Part shown: one piece after another, positions 10,643 through 20,415 of the stretch
Position numbering within the stretch: the stretch's first letter is position 1
Layout of the letters: each line of letters opens with the position of its first letter
Source: a virus
Taxonomy: Duplodnaviria; Heunggongvirae; Uroviricota; Caudoviricetes
Direction: 5' to 3' (one strand)
DNA length: 63,545 bases
Virus record (IMG/VR): IMGVR_UViG_3300022555_000017
Coordinates: 64,001 to 127,545 of that record
Translations under genes and position numbers: made by a program
The notes under the pieces: generated by a model
Seen by the model: only the letters and a program-made list of their open reading frames with translations
Database searches by the model: none
Told to the model about the DNA's origin: nothing

Positions 10643-10663
10643 CAATAAACTATTTAATCAATT

Positions 10664-11323
10664 TTAAGGTATTACATCTTCAATAATTTCATGTAATGAT
10701 GGAACTTCTGGTATTGTTGGTAAAGTAACATTTGGTAAAGTCACATCTCCAATACCACCACCTAAAGATGATATTTTTGCTTGTATTTGCGGCACAATTG
10801 TAGGTATTTTTGTAGCTAATATAACTTGATTTTCTATAATTGCTATATATGGTTGAGTAAATTGATTGATTACTTTCTTTATCCATGTTAATAATGAAGT
10901 TGGATTGATTGAAGGTACAATCATTAATGGCGCTAAAAATGATAACTCAGCTTGCATATTACTCACAAGATTGTTAAGTTCTTGATCAATTTTTAATGAA
11001 TAACTTTGTAGTTCTCTCAAATCATTTATCATTTCTATTTTTGAAGTAATACCATCGAGATATGATGAAACATCCATAGTTGGTAATTTTGGTATGGATG
11101 CTGTATAATCAAATTTTGGAAACTCAAGGTTTGATAATGTATCCAATTTAAATTTTACATTCGGCAACTCTGGCATAGCAGGCAATTTAGGCAAAACTGT
11201 TGCTCTTTTATTCAAATCTATTTTACTAAATGCTGCTTTTTTTGCTGTTTCTATAGCAGAAAAATCAACTTTTGGTACAGATATTTCTGGTGGTACTAAA
11301 TTAGGTAAAAGTGTGAATGGCAT
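10664..11323 (-). CDS. Hypothetical Pro-rich protein between gp5 and gp25
   Basis: 219-aa ORF with GGAGG RBS and LP/IP-rich termini; no PAAR motif seen. Confidence 0.7.
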   Translation of the reverse strand: MPFTLLPNLVPPEISVPKVDFSAIETAKKAAFSKIDLNKRATVLPKLPAMPELPNVKFKLDTLSNLEFPKFDYTASIPKLPTMDVSSYLDGITSKIEMINDLRELQSYSLKIDQELNNLVSNMQAELSFLAPLMIVPSINPTSLLTWIKKVINQFTQPYIAIIENQVILATKIPTIVPQIQAKISSLGGGIGDVTLPNVTLPTIPEVPSLHEIIEDVIP

Positions 11324-11335
11324 ATAAACCTCCTA

Positions 11336-12163
11336 TTAAATTATTGATACAACTATACCATCTTTTACAGTAACATTTTTATTCCCAGCATCAAAACTAC
11401 CATTAGCACCATTTCCAACTGAAACACTTTTAGTAGTCGTTACATCACCAACACATATTATATTCTGCGAAGTTAAAGTAATATTACCAATAGCTTTTAT
11501 TGATACATCACCACCTGTTGTAATATCCCAATCACCACCAATTTGAGCTGTTTTATTACCAGCAATACCGTCTGTACTATTTGCAATACAACTAAGTAAA
11601 ACATCACCATCTTTATCTATTTCTATATAAGTTCCTGAACAATGAAATAATGTTATTTTTTCATTACCGGGAGTTGAATCAAATTCTATATAATGCCCAC
11701 TATGAACAGATAAAATAACACTATGAGGATATACACCATATCCAGCATTCCAATCTGGTTGACCTACTTTATCAGGATATACACCATCTGGATCACTAAA
11801 TCCTTTACTTGTGTCTGGTGATTCAGTTGGTATGGCTGGAGCGGATGCAAAATATCTAGGTTGCATTATATTACCAGCCTCAAAGAACACAAATACATGA
11901 GAACCCTGTAATGGTACACCAAACCAACCATACTTAGAAATAGAACCCTCAATCAAACTTAATGCTGGTTGAGCCCAAGGCAATTCAGCTGTTGGTATAC
12001 CTTCAGTTGCTGATTTAGTTTTCATTTCAGTATGTATACCAAAAATACGAACTTTACATCGTCCTGCTTTTAAGGGATCAACATTATCTTCAACTACACC
12101 ACGATATATTGAATTTAATTTATCCTGTGGTAACTTAACATCTTTAAATGTATTTTTATCCAT
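11336..12163 (-). CDS. gp5: Baseplate central spike gp5-like (OB fold plus beta-helix, no lysozyme domain)
   Basis: YRGVVEDNVDPLKAGRCKVRIFGIH...LPWAQP...PLQGSHVFVFFEAG...P, then SGHYIEFDSTPGNEKI. Confidence 0.9.
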   Translation of the reverse strand: MDKNTFKDVKLPQDKLNSIYRGVVEDNVDPLKAGRCKVRIFGIHTEMKTKSATEGIPTAELPWAQPALSLIEGSISKYGWFGVPLQGSHVFVFFEAGNIMQPRYFASAPAIPTESPDTSKGFSDPDGVYPDKVGQPDWNAGYGVYPHSVILSVHSGHYIEFDSTPGNEKITLFHCSGTYIEIDKDGDVLLSCIANSTDGIAGNKTAQIGGDWDITTGGDVSIKAIGNITLTSQNIICVGDVTTTKSVSVGNGANGSFDAGNKNVTVKDGIVVSII

Positions 12164-13452
12164 TATCTTTTTCCTAATATAGAATCAACTTTAATATTTG
12201 TATTTGTAGATTTTGACAATGTTTTATCATTGCTTTCCGTATAAGCATTTTTCAATAGAACTATTTTTTGCTTAAATACAGGGTCTTGTTTTCCACTAAA
12301 ATGATTTGTAACTGATTTTATTAAAAATTTACCATCTAATGTGCTATTAAGAACTTGATCCCTCATTTCAGTACTTGGCCATTTTATATTCGTAAGTAAG
12401 CCAGGGTATCTTCTTTCATGTCCTTTAACTGTTATTGTTGCTGATAATTGTTTAGAGTATCTTTTTATAAAATCACATTCATGAATATTTCTAATTACAT
12501 CAGCATCATCTTCACCTGACATAACAAAATTATCATTTGGTGAACTTATTGTATCAGGAAATAAAGTATTTTTACCTAGCATAGTAAATTTAGAAATAAC
12601 ATCTGTATAAGTAAATGATTCATCTATTAATTTTTTCTTTAAAAAATCATAACCTAAAACTCTTGATCCTTTTAATTGCTTTATTGCTGAATTATCTATA
12701 CTATCCATCTTCCAATCTAAAATTGTATTATATGTTTTTGTTTTATCGCCATCTTTATTAAAAAATTCATAATAAATTATTTTATTATTTTCATCCTTTT
12801 CAACATCGGTACTTTGAAATAATTTATTTATTGTAACTAAATTCAGTCCTCTTGTATTAAAATAATATAAATATCCAGCCGTTTTGGATTCTGAGCCTGA
12901 TCCTCTTTCAACTAACCAACGTATTGCTTCAGATGGCGTCCAATAGGGCATAAAAAAATATGATAATTTTTCTCTCGTATTCTCAAATATTTTAAAAGTT
13001 TCAATACTTAACATATTTTTAGTTATATCTTTAATAATATCCGATATTCTTTTATCTGTCCATGATATATTATATCTTTTATCCATTAGATTAGAATAAT
13101 TAGTATCGACAAGAAATAAATCTATTTGACTCATTGAATTAGACTTTATTTTATCCATAGGATTCATGCTATCGACATTAAAAATATTAAATATAATAGT
13201 TACTACTTCTAACTCACCATATTGAATAACAATATTTTCATGCCCTGTAAATGGTAAAAATTCTGCTAACCCTCCTTTATCATAAAAAGATATTTTACCA
13301 ACTAAACAAAATGAAAATATATCTTCTATAAAGTATATTTCAGATATATCTTCAAGATTTATATGGAAAACTCTTCCGTTTGAAAGAAGCTTAACATTAA
13401 ATACTCCTTTATCTTCTTTTATATTTGCATTTACATCATCAGTATTACTCAT
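12163..13452 (-). CDS. Baseplate hub protein, gp27/VgrG-like
   Basis: IYFIEDIFS...G-x-I-x3-D, then G-x-E, MPYWTP and YLYYFN motifs; lies between gp53 and gp5. Confidence 0.65.
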   Translation of the reverse strand: MSNTDDVNANIKEDKGVFNVKLLSNGRVFHINLEDISEIYFIEDIFSFCLVGKISFYDKGGLAEFLPFTGHENIVIQYGELEVVTIIFNIFNVDSMNPMDKIKSNSMSQIDLFLVDTNYSNLMDKRYNISWTDKRISDIIKDITKNMLSIETFKIFENTREKLSYFFMPYWTPSEAIRWLVERGSGSESKTAGYLYYFNTRGLNLVTINKLFQSTDVEKDENNKIIYYEFFNKDGDKTKTYNTILDWKMDSIDNSAIKQLKGSRVLGYDFLKKKLIDESFTYTDVISKFTMLGKNTLFPDTISSPNDNFVMSGEDDADVIRNIHECDFIKRYSKQLSATITVKGHERRYPGLLTNIKWPSTEMRDQVLNSTLDGKFLIKSVTNHFSGKQDPVFKQKIVLLKNAYTESNDKTLSKSTNTNIKVDSILGKR

Positions 13453-13829
13453 TATAAATCCGCCATATCCCTCATTTCTCTCATTAAATAAGATATATAA
13501 TAATTTCTCAATATTTTTATATTTTGACCATCTTCTAATTCTTCAAATGGATTAATAACATTATTGATCAAGCATACTACCCACCACAAATTTATATTAT
13601 CGTGTACTTTATCAGCTATATTTTCCCAAAAATCTTTATTATCAATTTCATAGGTGTCATAAAAAACAATATCATTTTTTACAGAATCATTAATAGAATA
13701 TGATCTAAAAATATTTAAAAATTTTGTACCATCATCATCTAAAATATTAAACATTCTTAAAAACGATGAATTTAATAATGTATGATCTGTTAAATCAAAA
13801 AAATTATCAGTTGCTTTATTTGTTGACAT
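13452..13829 (-). CDS. gp53: Baseplate wedge subunit gp53-like
   Basis: YEI-x4-FWENIADKVH-x4-LWWVVCLINNVINPF, a LysM-like gp53 signature. Confidence 0.85.
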   Translation of the reverse strand: MSTNKATDNFFDLTDHTLLNSSFLRMFNILDDDGTKFLNIFRSYSINDSVKNDIVFYDTYEIDNKDFWENIADKVHDNINLWWVVCLINNVINPFEELEDGQNIKILRNYYISYLMREMRDMADL

Positions 13830-13932
13830 TTTATTCTCCTGTTAAATAATTACATTAATGCTTGCCCAGAATCTGCGATATTAAAGAAATTATTATATAC
13901 TTTATCCTTAAAACTTTCAGTTGCTACACCAT

Positions 13933-14718
13933 TTATTTTTTACTTGTAGTTAATAAAGTACCATTAAATGATGTATTAAAAACGGGTAAAAGTCCTTGAA
14001 ATGATAATGTAAGTTCGCAAGATGTAGGTAAATTAAATATAAAAGGCGCTTTATATGTATATTGAACACCTGTTAAAACAGCGTAATCTAAATTTATAAG
14101 ATCGCCACCATTAGATGATTTTATAAAAAAAACATGAGGTGGTAAAATAACTTCCATATCCCCTTTCCTTTGTGGGGATGAGAATGATTGTAGAGCACGG
14201 ACTGTATTAATTATATTTTGTTTTGGCGAGCCGCAGTCATATAAAGTAAATGTAAATTCCATTGCTCTTCTACCTGTATTTTTATACACCATAGAAACAT
14301 CAGGTCTTGAATAATTTACAGGTGTTTTATTTAAAGCACCTACTGCATTACTTGACATTTCTCCCGTTTCCCCGCCACCAAAAGCACCTTTTGTACCTTC
14401 TACTAATGCATTTTTTAAACCACTCAATTCTTTTCCGGCTTTTCCAAGTGTCTGACCCAATTCAGCACCTCTCGATGCAATACTATCATAATCAGCATAT
14501 TCATGTGTTAAAGTTTCTGTTATATCATTTGGCGCTAAAAATTTAAATGTATGAAATTTTGATTCTAATTCAATAGTCATTCTAGCACCTGTTGGCTGAC
14601 TTTTTAAAGGATATACATCTATTTCAATCCAAACCAAAGAATCAAAATTTGCAATATTTAACCATCCCTGTACTGGATTCTGTGTAATAGAACCTACTAA
14701 TTCTATTTTATTATCCAT
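13933..14718 (-). CDS. gp48: Baseplate tail-tube cap, gp48-like
   Basis: VYKNTGRRAMEFTFTL...PPHVFFI...AVLTGVQYTY...CELTLSF is the gp48-type pattern. Confidence 0.7.
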   Translation of the reverse strand: MDNKIELVGSITQNPVQGWLNIANFDSLVWIEIDVYPLKSQPTGARMTIELESKFHTFKFLAPNDITETLTHEYADYDSIASRGAELGQTLGKAGKELSGLKNALVEGTKGAFGGGETGEMSSNAVGALNKTPVNYSRPDVSMVYKNTGRRAMEFTFTLYDCGSPKQNIINTVRALQSFSSPQRKGDMEVILPPHVFFIKSSNGGDLINLDYAVLTGVQYTYKAPFIFNLPTSCELTLSFQGLLPVFNTSFNGTLLTTSKK

Positions 14719-14728
14719 CGTATTCTCC

Positions 14729-16816
14729 TTAGCTATTAATCAATGCAAAAGGCATTGGCATTGAAATAGGTATATCATGCTGTGGTTGAGAACTTTCATC
14801 TATAGTTGTAGATGCTTGTAAAACTGCATTACTTGTATTTATATTATTATTTGTATTTTCCGAAACCATTTTTCCAAACTCATCTACACTCTTTTTATCC
14901 TTTTCATTTTCAACTTTAGCCTTTTCATCTTCAGCTTTAATAATATTATTTGATGACTCCTTTATCGGAGAATTTAGCATTTCATTTTTTGTTACTGCTA
15001 AACCACCGACACTAATATCAGCCGTTTGTAAAGTCTGTGATAATTTATTTGATATATTGTTTGCTGATGGTAATATTGATTGAGTACTAGCAGGTGTAGA
15101 TGTAGATGCTGACTTTCCTATTGATGATGTACTAGCAGATGCAGATGTAGATGCTGACTTTCCTATTGATGATGTACTAGCAGGTGTAGATGTAGATGCT
15201 GACTTTCCTATTGATGATGTACTAGCAGGTGTAGATGTAGATGCCGTAAATCCCCTAGATGCTCCGCCACCACCAGACATCCCACTACCTACTACTGGTG
15301 CAGTTACTGTACCGGATACTTTAGCTTTTTGTTCATCCTTAACTTTTTGCTCATCTTGCTGTTTTTTTGTTGGTAAGCCAAACCATCCCCTAGCCCAATC
15401 AGGAATAAATCCAATCATTTTTTCAAAAAGCCAATTAAAACCATCACCTATCATATTACTAAGACCTGTAAATGGCTTCATCCAATTTATATTAGTAGCC
15501 CAGTTAGTTAAATCCATCCAGCTTTCAGAAACCATTTGTCCAAACATCATCATAGCTGTAGCGACATCTTTAGTACTCACCATTCCAAATGTAATACCAC
15601 TAATAGCACCAGCAATAGCACTACCAATTTTTGATAATATACCATCACCACCAAAAATATTATTTACTTCTTTATCATTCCATCCACTAAAAGCCTTATA
15701 AAGTATAAAACCTAAATATAGAAATGCTAAAACAGTAGGATTTTTCATAAGACTAAAAATAAGTTTTATTCCAGAACCTAACATACTAAAAATAGGGCCT
15801 ATTAAACCACCTATAAATGAAAATAGTCCAGAACTCATACCTTTTAATTTACTCAAAAGACCTTTCTTTTCGCCACCTTCTCTTTCATCTGCTAATTTAT
15901 TTACTTTTACATATGCTAAAAATGCCGTAGCAATACTCTTTATCTTTCCCGCTAAATTATCTTTTGTTTTTTCTATATCAATTGTTGGTTCTATAGTTTT
16001 TGCACTCCACCAACCTTGCTGTCCAGAAATATTAGGAAGTAAACTTTTTGTTGCTCCGCCACTTAAATGATCATATAAATCCTTAAATATTTCAGTTTCA
16101 ATATTAACTGCTTTTGTTGTTGCAGATTCTTCTATTTTAGGTTCTTTTAATTTGTCTCTTTTAAACATACTACCAAAAGTTCTAAATCCATTCCATAATG
16201 ATTTGAATGAACTTTTAGCTAAAGTATAAATTTTCATTATTTCAGGGCCCATTAAATTTTCAAATTCTGATTGTATTATAGTTTTAGCATCATTAAAAGC
16301 ATCTTTAAAAGATTCTACAGCTTCACCTTCTTTATCTGCAAATTTTTTCCACATATTAGACCATACACTATTTTGTTTAATTGTAATATCTTTTATACTA
16401 GAAGATAGTCCCCTTTTAGTTTTATCTGTAATATATTTTTTCCATCCGCCACTTGCAGAATCGGCAATAGTTTTATTATAGCCAGTTAAATAATTTCCAA
16501 TAACTTTTGCTGTTTTTAATGTATGTTCATTTATACTTTTAGAAATTGTATCTTTCCTAAATAATGAAAATATTTTAGAACCAAAACTTCTAAAAGTACC
16601 AATATATGATTTTTCTATATAATCATTTGTTTGCTTTCCAACATCTTCACCAATTTTATCATCAGTCTTTTTAACAGCATCGGCTAATGATTGATTAAAA
16701 TGTTTAGCAAGAGAATCAACACCTCTTTCAATACTATTTAATACTTTAGTCTGATCACCTAAATGCTTATTAATTCTTTTACTTATATCAGCTACATTAG
16801 AAAATTCATCTGCCAT
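14729..16816 (-). CDS. Tape-measure or hub-like protein (paralog 2) with Ser/Thr-rich repeat
   Basis: Long helical amphipathic Gly/Phe/Leu region; shares an E-x2-LMGP segment with 16829..19315; located in the tail module. Confidence 0.6.
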   Translation of the reverse strand: MADEFSNVADISKRINKHLGDQTKVLNSIERGVDSLAKHFNQSLADAVKKTDDKIGEDVGKQTNDYIEKSYIGTFRSFGSKIFSLFRKDTISKSINEHTLKTAKVIGNYLTGYNKTIADSASGGWKKYITDKTKRGLSSSIKDITIKQNSVWSNMWKKFADKEGEAVESFKDAFNDAKTIIQSEFENLMGPEIMKIYTLAKSSFKSLWNGFRTFGSMFKRDKLKEPKIEESATTKAVNIETEIFKDLYDHLSGGATKSLLPNISGQQGWWSAKTIEPTIDIEKTKDNLAGKIKSIATAFLAYVKVNKLADEREGGEKKGLLSKLKGMSSGLFSFIGGLIGPIFSMLGSGIKLIFSLMKNPTVLAFLYLGFILYKAFSGWNDKEVNNIFGGDGILSKIGSAIAGAISGITFGMVSTKDVATAMMMFGQMVSESWMDLTNWATNINWMKPFTGLSNMIGDGFNWLFEKMIGFIPDWARGWFGLPTKKQQDEQKVKDEQKAKVSGTVTAPVVGSGMSGGGGASRGFTASTSTPASTSSIGKSASTSTPASTSSIGKSASTSASASTSSIGKSASTSTPASTQSILPSANNISNKLSQTLQTADISVGGLAVTKNEMLNSPIKESSNNIIKAEDEKAKVENEKDKKSVDEFGKMVSENTNNNINTSNAVLQASTTIDESSQPQHDIPISMPMPFALINS
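15084..15244. repeat. 45-nt tandem repeat, ~3.6 copies, encoding ASTSTPASTSSIGKS
   Basis: Unit gtactagcaggtgtagatgtagatgctgactttcctattgatgat starts at 15084, 15129, 15174 and 15219; the second copy has two substitutions. Confidence 0.95.
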
Positions 16817-16828
16817 ATCTCTATCCTA

Positions 16829-19315
16829 TTAAACTCTATTATTAATCCCTATCATTTGTCCGCCACCTAATTTATTATCAGACTTAGGTATATTATCTTG
16901 TGGTTTTGATACTTTTGTAGTATTAGAAGCAACTTGTGAATAAGCGTTTGTTTTTACCAATGGTGTTGCCACCTTTGCCATAGCTTTATTTTTATCATCT
17001 TTCTTTTGTTGTTCTGTTTTTGTTACATCACCTTCAGCAGAATAAACTCTCGAAGCCCCACTGCCGCCAGATTTCCCACCTTCACCAATAGCCGATACTG
17101 AAGCTGACGTTCCCTGACCTTTTGAAATTTCTTGAACATCTTTATTTTGAGAATACAATTCAGCTTTAGTTAAATCATCTTTACCTTTACCACTACTTAA
17201 TGATAATGAACCATTTACAGTTTTTTGCATTATAGCATTTTGTGTTTCCAAATCTGCTGAATTTACATCAACACCTAATTTTTTAGCAGCTCTTTTTCTT
17301 CCTTCCGCCAAAAACCAAGCAACAACTTTTGCAGCAACAACAGGATCATCATTAACTAAATCTGGATTATCTATTAAAGCATTACCCATACCAATAGCTT
17401 TACTAGCTTTAGCATAATTAGCTTTACCAGTTAATTGTATATATCCACGACCTCTATATTTATAAGCATCCCCTTCAGTTGTATTACCTAGTTCTTTACC
17501 TTTAGATGAGCCTGTACCATATAAAAGTTCAGCAAGTTGTCTAGGGTCTTTTCTAATAGAATCCAATTGAGCATCCGAATAACCACTAAGTTTTGTACCA
17601 AAAGTTTTCCTTAATCCTTGAACTGAATAATTAAGATTTTCTTCTTGCCTTTTCCCTTTAGATTCTTTCATTACCTGGCCAAGACTTGCAGCAACAGCTT
17701 CATCATTTAAACCCTGAGCTTTTAATTCTTTTGCTATCTGAGATAAATTTTGTTTTGTATTCTGCCCACTTAAACCTACAGCAGTTCCGGCAGCCATACC
17801 ACCTCTAAAAATTGCAGTACCTGTACTTATCACAGCATTACCAACATTTTTTCCAACATTTTCTCCAACAGTTCCTTTAGTAGATTGTGTAACAAATTTA
17901 CCAAACCGATCTAACGATGATGATGCTTTAACAGCAGACCACTTAAAAATTTTAGAGATAACATCTAAAATACTAAAATTTCTTAATTCCTCTAAAAATC
18001 CTTCCCATGCATTACTTAAACCCGTTTTTATTATACCTATTGGATCACTTATTAAATTAGAAAAAAATGTTGATATAGTTGTAAAAACATTCTTAATCTG
18101 TTTACCTGTTTCTACTAACCAATCAATAGCTTTTGTAACCGGCTTAAAAAAATCTGTCATTGATTTCCAACAATCCGACATAATTTTTAATGTTTCACTA
18201 ATTATATTATGTGTACCAAGCCATTGTTTAAGTTTAGAATTATCCCATATTGAAATCATGTTTTTAAACAACATAAATACAGCAACACCACCACCAATAA
18301 CTAAAAGTGGTATTATCATTTTTTTCATATATCCTAAAATAAAAACATTCACACCCTTAAAAAATCCTAACATATTAGACCAAAATTGTTTTTTAAATAC
18401 ATTTCCAATTCTTGCTTTCCATAATATACCAACTGCTAAAGAATCCTTTATAACTGTTCCAACCATACCAGCAGCTTTTACAGCAGATTCATATGCTTTA
18501 ACTTTTAAATTTTTCTTTTTTTCTTTTGGACTTTCTTCCTGTTCATCTACATCCGATCCTTCTCTATTATTCTCTTTTTTAATAACTGAAACTATCTTTT
18601 TTACTACAGATTTTCTTCCTTTTATCGGCTCAGCAGTTTCTTTATCTCTATCATCAAGATTATCATCCACATCTTGCTCATCTTTTGAAAATAAATACTT
18701 TATACCTCTACTAACTTTTTTTAAAATAGAAGCGCTAGTTATTATATAATCCCATAAAGGGCCCATAAGAAATTCTAATTTTTCCATAAAATAATTCCCA
18801 ATTTCTTTAAAGCCATTTGCAAAAAAATCGCCCATAGAAGTTGACGCAGTTTTCCAACCATCTTTAAAAAATACAAATGTTTTACTAATTGCACGAGTTA
18901 AAAAATTACTCTTTGTATGCTTCCATATTTTGGATAAAGCATTTTTTATAGACTCTGATACCTTTTTGGTATTTGTTAATTTTAACCCTTTAAATGGTGA
19001 ACCGATGATATTAAAAAGTCTTTTAATTCCGTCTCCAAAATCAGTAAAAGATGTTTTAAATATATCTAATACATTTGTAAATATTGAAGATATTTCAGGA
19101 CTTTGTTTAGGAAAAGCTTTACCTAAAATATTTCTACGACTATCAATTTTTAAATCAATACCTTTAGCAGTATTCTTTATACCTTCATCAATATTTTCTA
19201 ATTGTTCTGTTACTATACTATAATTTTCAGCAACAGAGCCGATATGACCTTGTTTAATCTTCTTAGTATGTGAAGCTCTTATTAACTTTTGAAATTTCTG
19301 TTCTTTTGTACTCAT
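16829..19315 (-). CDS. Tape-measure-like protein (paralog 1) with C-terminal glycoside hydrolase family 19 (lysozyme/chitinase-like) domain
   Basis: EENLNYS...LGNTTEGDAYKYRGRGYIQLTGKANY...LIDNPDLV...AAKVVAWF is the phage GH19 signature; the N-terminal part is helical and amphipathic. Confidence 0.8.
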   Translation of the reverse strand: MSTKEQKFQKLIRASHTKKIKQGHIGSVAENYSIVTEQLENIDEGIKNTAKGIDLKIDSRRNILGKAFPKQSPEISSIFTNVLDIFKTSFTDFGDGIKRLFNIIGSPFKGLKLTNTKKVSESIKNALSKIWKHTKSNFLTRAISKTFVFFKDGWKTASTSMGDFFANGFKEIGNYFMEKLEFLMGPLWDYIITSASILKKVSRGIKYLFSKDEQDVDDNLDDRDKETAEPIKGRKSVVKKIVSVIKKENNREGSDVDEQEESPKEKKKNLKVKAYESAVKAAGMVGTVIKDSLAVGILWKARIGNVFKKQFWSNMLGFFKGVNVFILGYMKKMIIPLLVIGGGVAVFMLFKNMISIWDNSKLKQWLGTHNIISETLKIMSDCWKSMTDFFKPVTKAIDWLVETGKQIKNVFTTISTFFSNLISDPIGIIKTGLSNAWEGFLEELRNFSILDVISKIFKWSAVKASSSLDRFGKFVTQSTKGTVGENVGKNVGNAVISTGTAIFRGGMAAGTAVGLSGQNTKQNLSQIAKELKAQGLNDEAVAASLGQVMKESKGKRQEENLNYSVQGLRKTFGTKLSGYSDAQLDSIRKDPRQLAELLYGTGSSKGKELGNTTEGDAYKYRGRGYIQLTGKANYAKASKAIGMGNALIDNPDLVNDDPVVAAKVVAWFLAEGRKRAAKKLGVDVNSADLETQNAIMQKTVNGSLSLSSGKGKDDLTKAELYSQNKDVQEISKGQGTSASVSAIGEGGKSGGSGASRVYSAEGDVTKTEQQKKDDKNKAMAKVATPLVKTNAYSQVASNTTKVSKPQDNIPKSDNKLGGGQMIGINNRV

Positions 19316-19325
19316 TTTTCCTTAA

Positions 19326-19363
19326 AATAAGGGTCTAAAAGACTTGCTCTTTAGACCCTTATT
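19326..19363 (-). terminator. Probable intrinsic terminator or stem-loop after the gp26-gp51 unit
   Basis: 14-bp inverted repeat aataagggtctaaa / tttagacccttatt, followed on the minus strand by a U-rich run. Confidence 0.7.
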
Positions 19364-19394
19364 AGTCCTTTAGATTTTTTTATCTAAGTGAGCC

Positions 19395-19589
19395 TTATTT
19401 TTCTAATAGTTGTTCCTTCTTTCTATTAATATCTTTAATAATTAAATTAATATAAGCCTCTCTTTCAAAAATCGGTAACATATTACTTTCGGTCAAACTT
19501 ATGTTAGCTCTACTAGATAACATATATTGTTCCTCAGTTAGCGAATATATACTATCGCCAGAACATACAAGATGGTTTAGAAGAAAAAA
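19395..19589 (-). CDS. gp51: gp51-like baseplate hub assembly segment; open frame with no upstream ATG/GTG/TTG before 19523, probably reached by a -1 frameshift from gp26
   Basis: Hand translation FFLLNHLVCSGDSIYSLTEEQYMLSSRANISLTESNMLPIFEREAYINLIIKDINRKKEQLLEK* resembles gp51-type SLTE-x-(E)-NM-x-P-x-ER-x2-Y; absent from the ORF track. Confidence 0.75.
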   Translation of the reverse strand, partial: FFLLNHLVCSGDSIYSLTEEQYMLSSRANISLTESNMLPIFEREAYINLIIKDINRKKEQLLEK

Positions 19590-20395
19590 TCTTCTAAAGG
19601 TATCTCCCTCTTAGCTTCAATACCACAATGAGGACATTTTTGTTTAAATGAAAACTCCAAACCAAAATCATTATCATTAAACCAAGTAGTAATTTTTTCT
19701 TGATCCATTTGACGAATATTATTCAATAAAAATAACGCATCATCAAAATTATTATTAACATCGCCATCAGGAGTTATTATAGATTTTACACTCAATGCCT
19801 GGACATATGTAATCATTTCAACATTCTTCTGTGTTTCGGTTAAATCCTTATTATCATTGAACAAACTGAATACTTTTTGCTGCATACCTCTTGTTGGAAA
19901 TGTAAGTTCAAGTTTTAATTTATTTTCTAATTCTATAACGGGATTTAAATATACAATTTCACTATCTGTTTTAATGTTATTTTTAACCCTTTTAACAGTT
20001 ATAACACTTGGTTTATCATCATCAACAAAGATAGGTTTTAATTTATTCACTATCAAATTATTCAAGGTTATATTTATCATTGTTTGAGAATCACATGATC
20101 CGCACTTAGCTTGAAATGAATAAACATTTCCTTTAGAGCATTTTCTTATTTCAACTAAAAGAAAAAATCTATCCTGTAAATATAAATCATTAATATCAAA
20201 ATCTTCTGACACAACACACTCTGTAATCAATTGATCTAATGCTAGTTCAATTTTACCAGCATCTTCGACATCCTGATACAACAACATATTTTTTAACTGA
20301 CCTGTTGTTATAGGTTTGAATTTAATTGTTTTACCTGATCCCGGCAATACAGTATCAAACACAAAAGTATTTAAATAATTTTTAAAATCTGACAT
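19577..20395 (-). CDS. gp26: Baseplate hub assembly protein gp26-like
   Basis: LPGSGKTIKFKPITT, QDRFFLLVEIRKCSKG, CGSC, CPHCG and terminal LEDFFF. Confidence 0.88.
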   Translation of the reverse strand: MSDFKNYLNTFVFDTVLPGSGKTIKFKPITTGQLKNMLLYQDVEDAGKIELALDQLITECVVSEDFDINDLYLQDRFFLLVEIRKCSKGNVYSFQAKCGSCDSQTMINITLNNLIVNKLKPIFVDDDKPSVITVKRVKNNIKTDSEIVYLNPVIELENKLKLELTFPTRGMQQKVFSLFNDNKDLTETQKNVEMITYVQALSVKSIITPDGDVNNNFDDALFLLNNIRQMDQEKITTWFNDNDFGLEFSFKQKCPHCGIEAKREIPLEDFFF

Positions 20396-20415
20396 ATTTA
20401 CACATCCTCCAATTT

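Noticed and set aside
13830-13932. Possible frameshifted C-terminal extension of the gp48-like gene in the gap before gp53
   Set aside because: Protein-like fragments occur in two frames, but joining them needs two shifts and no homology evidence is available.
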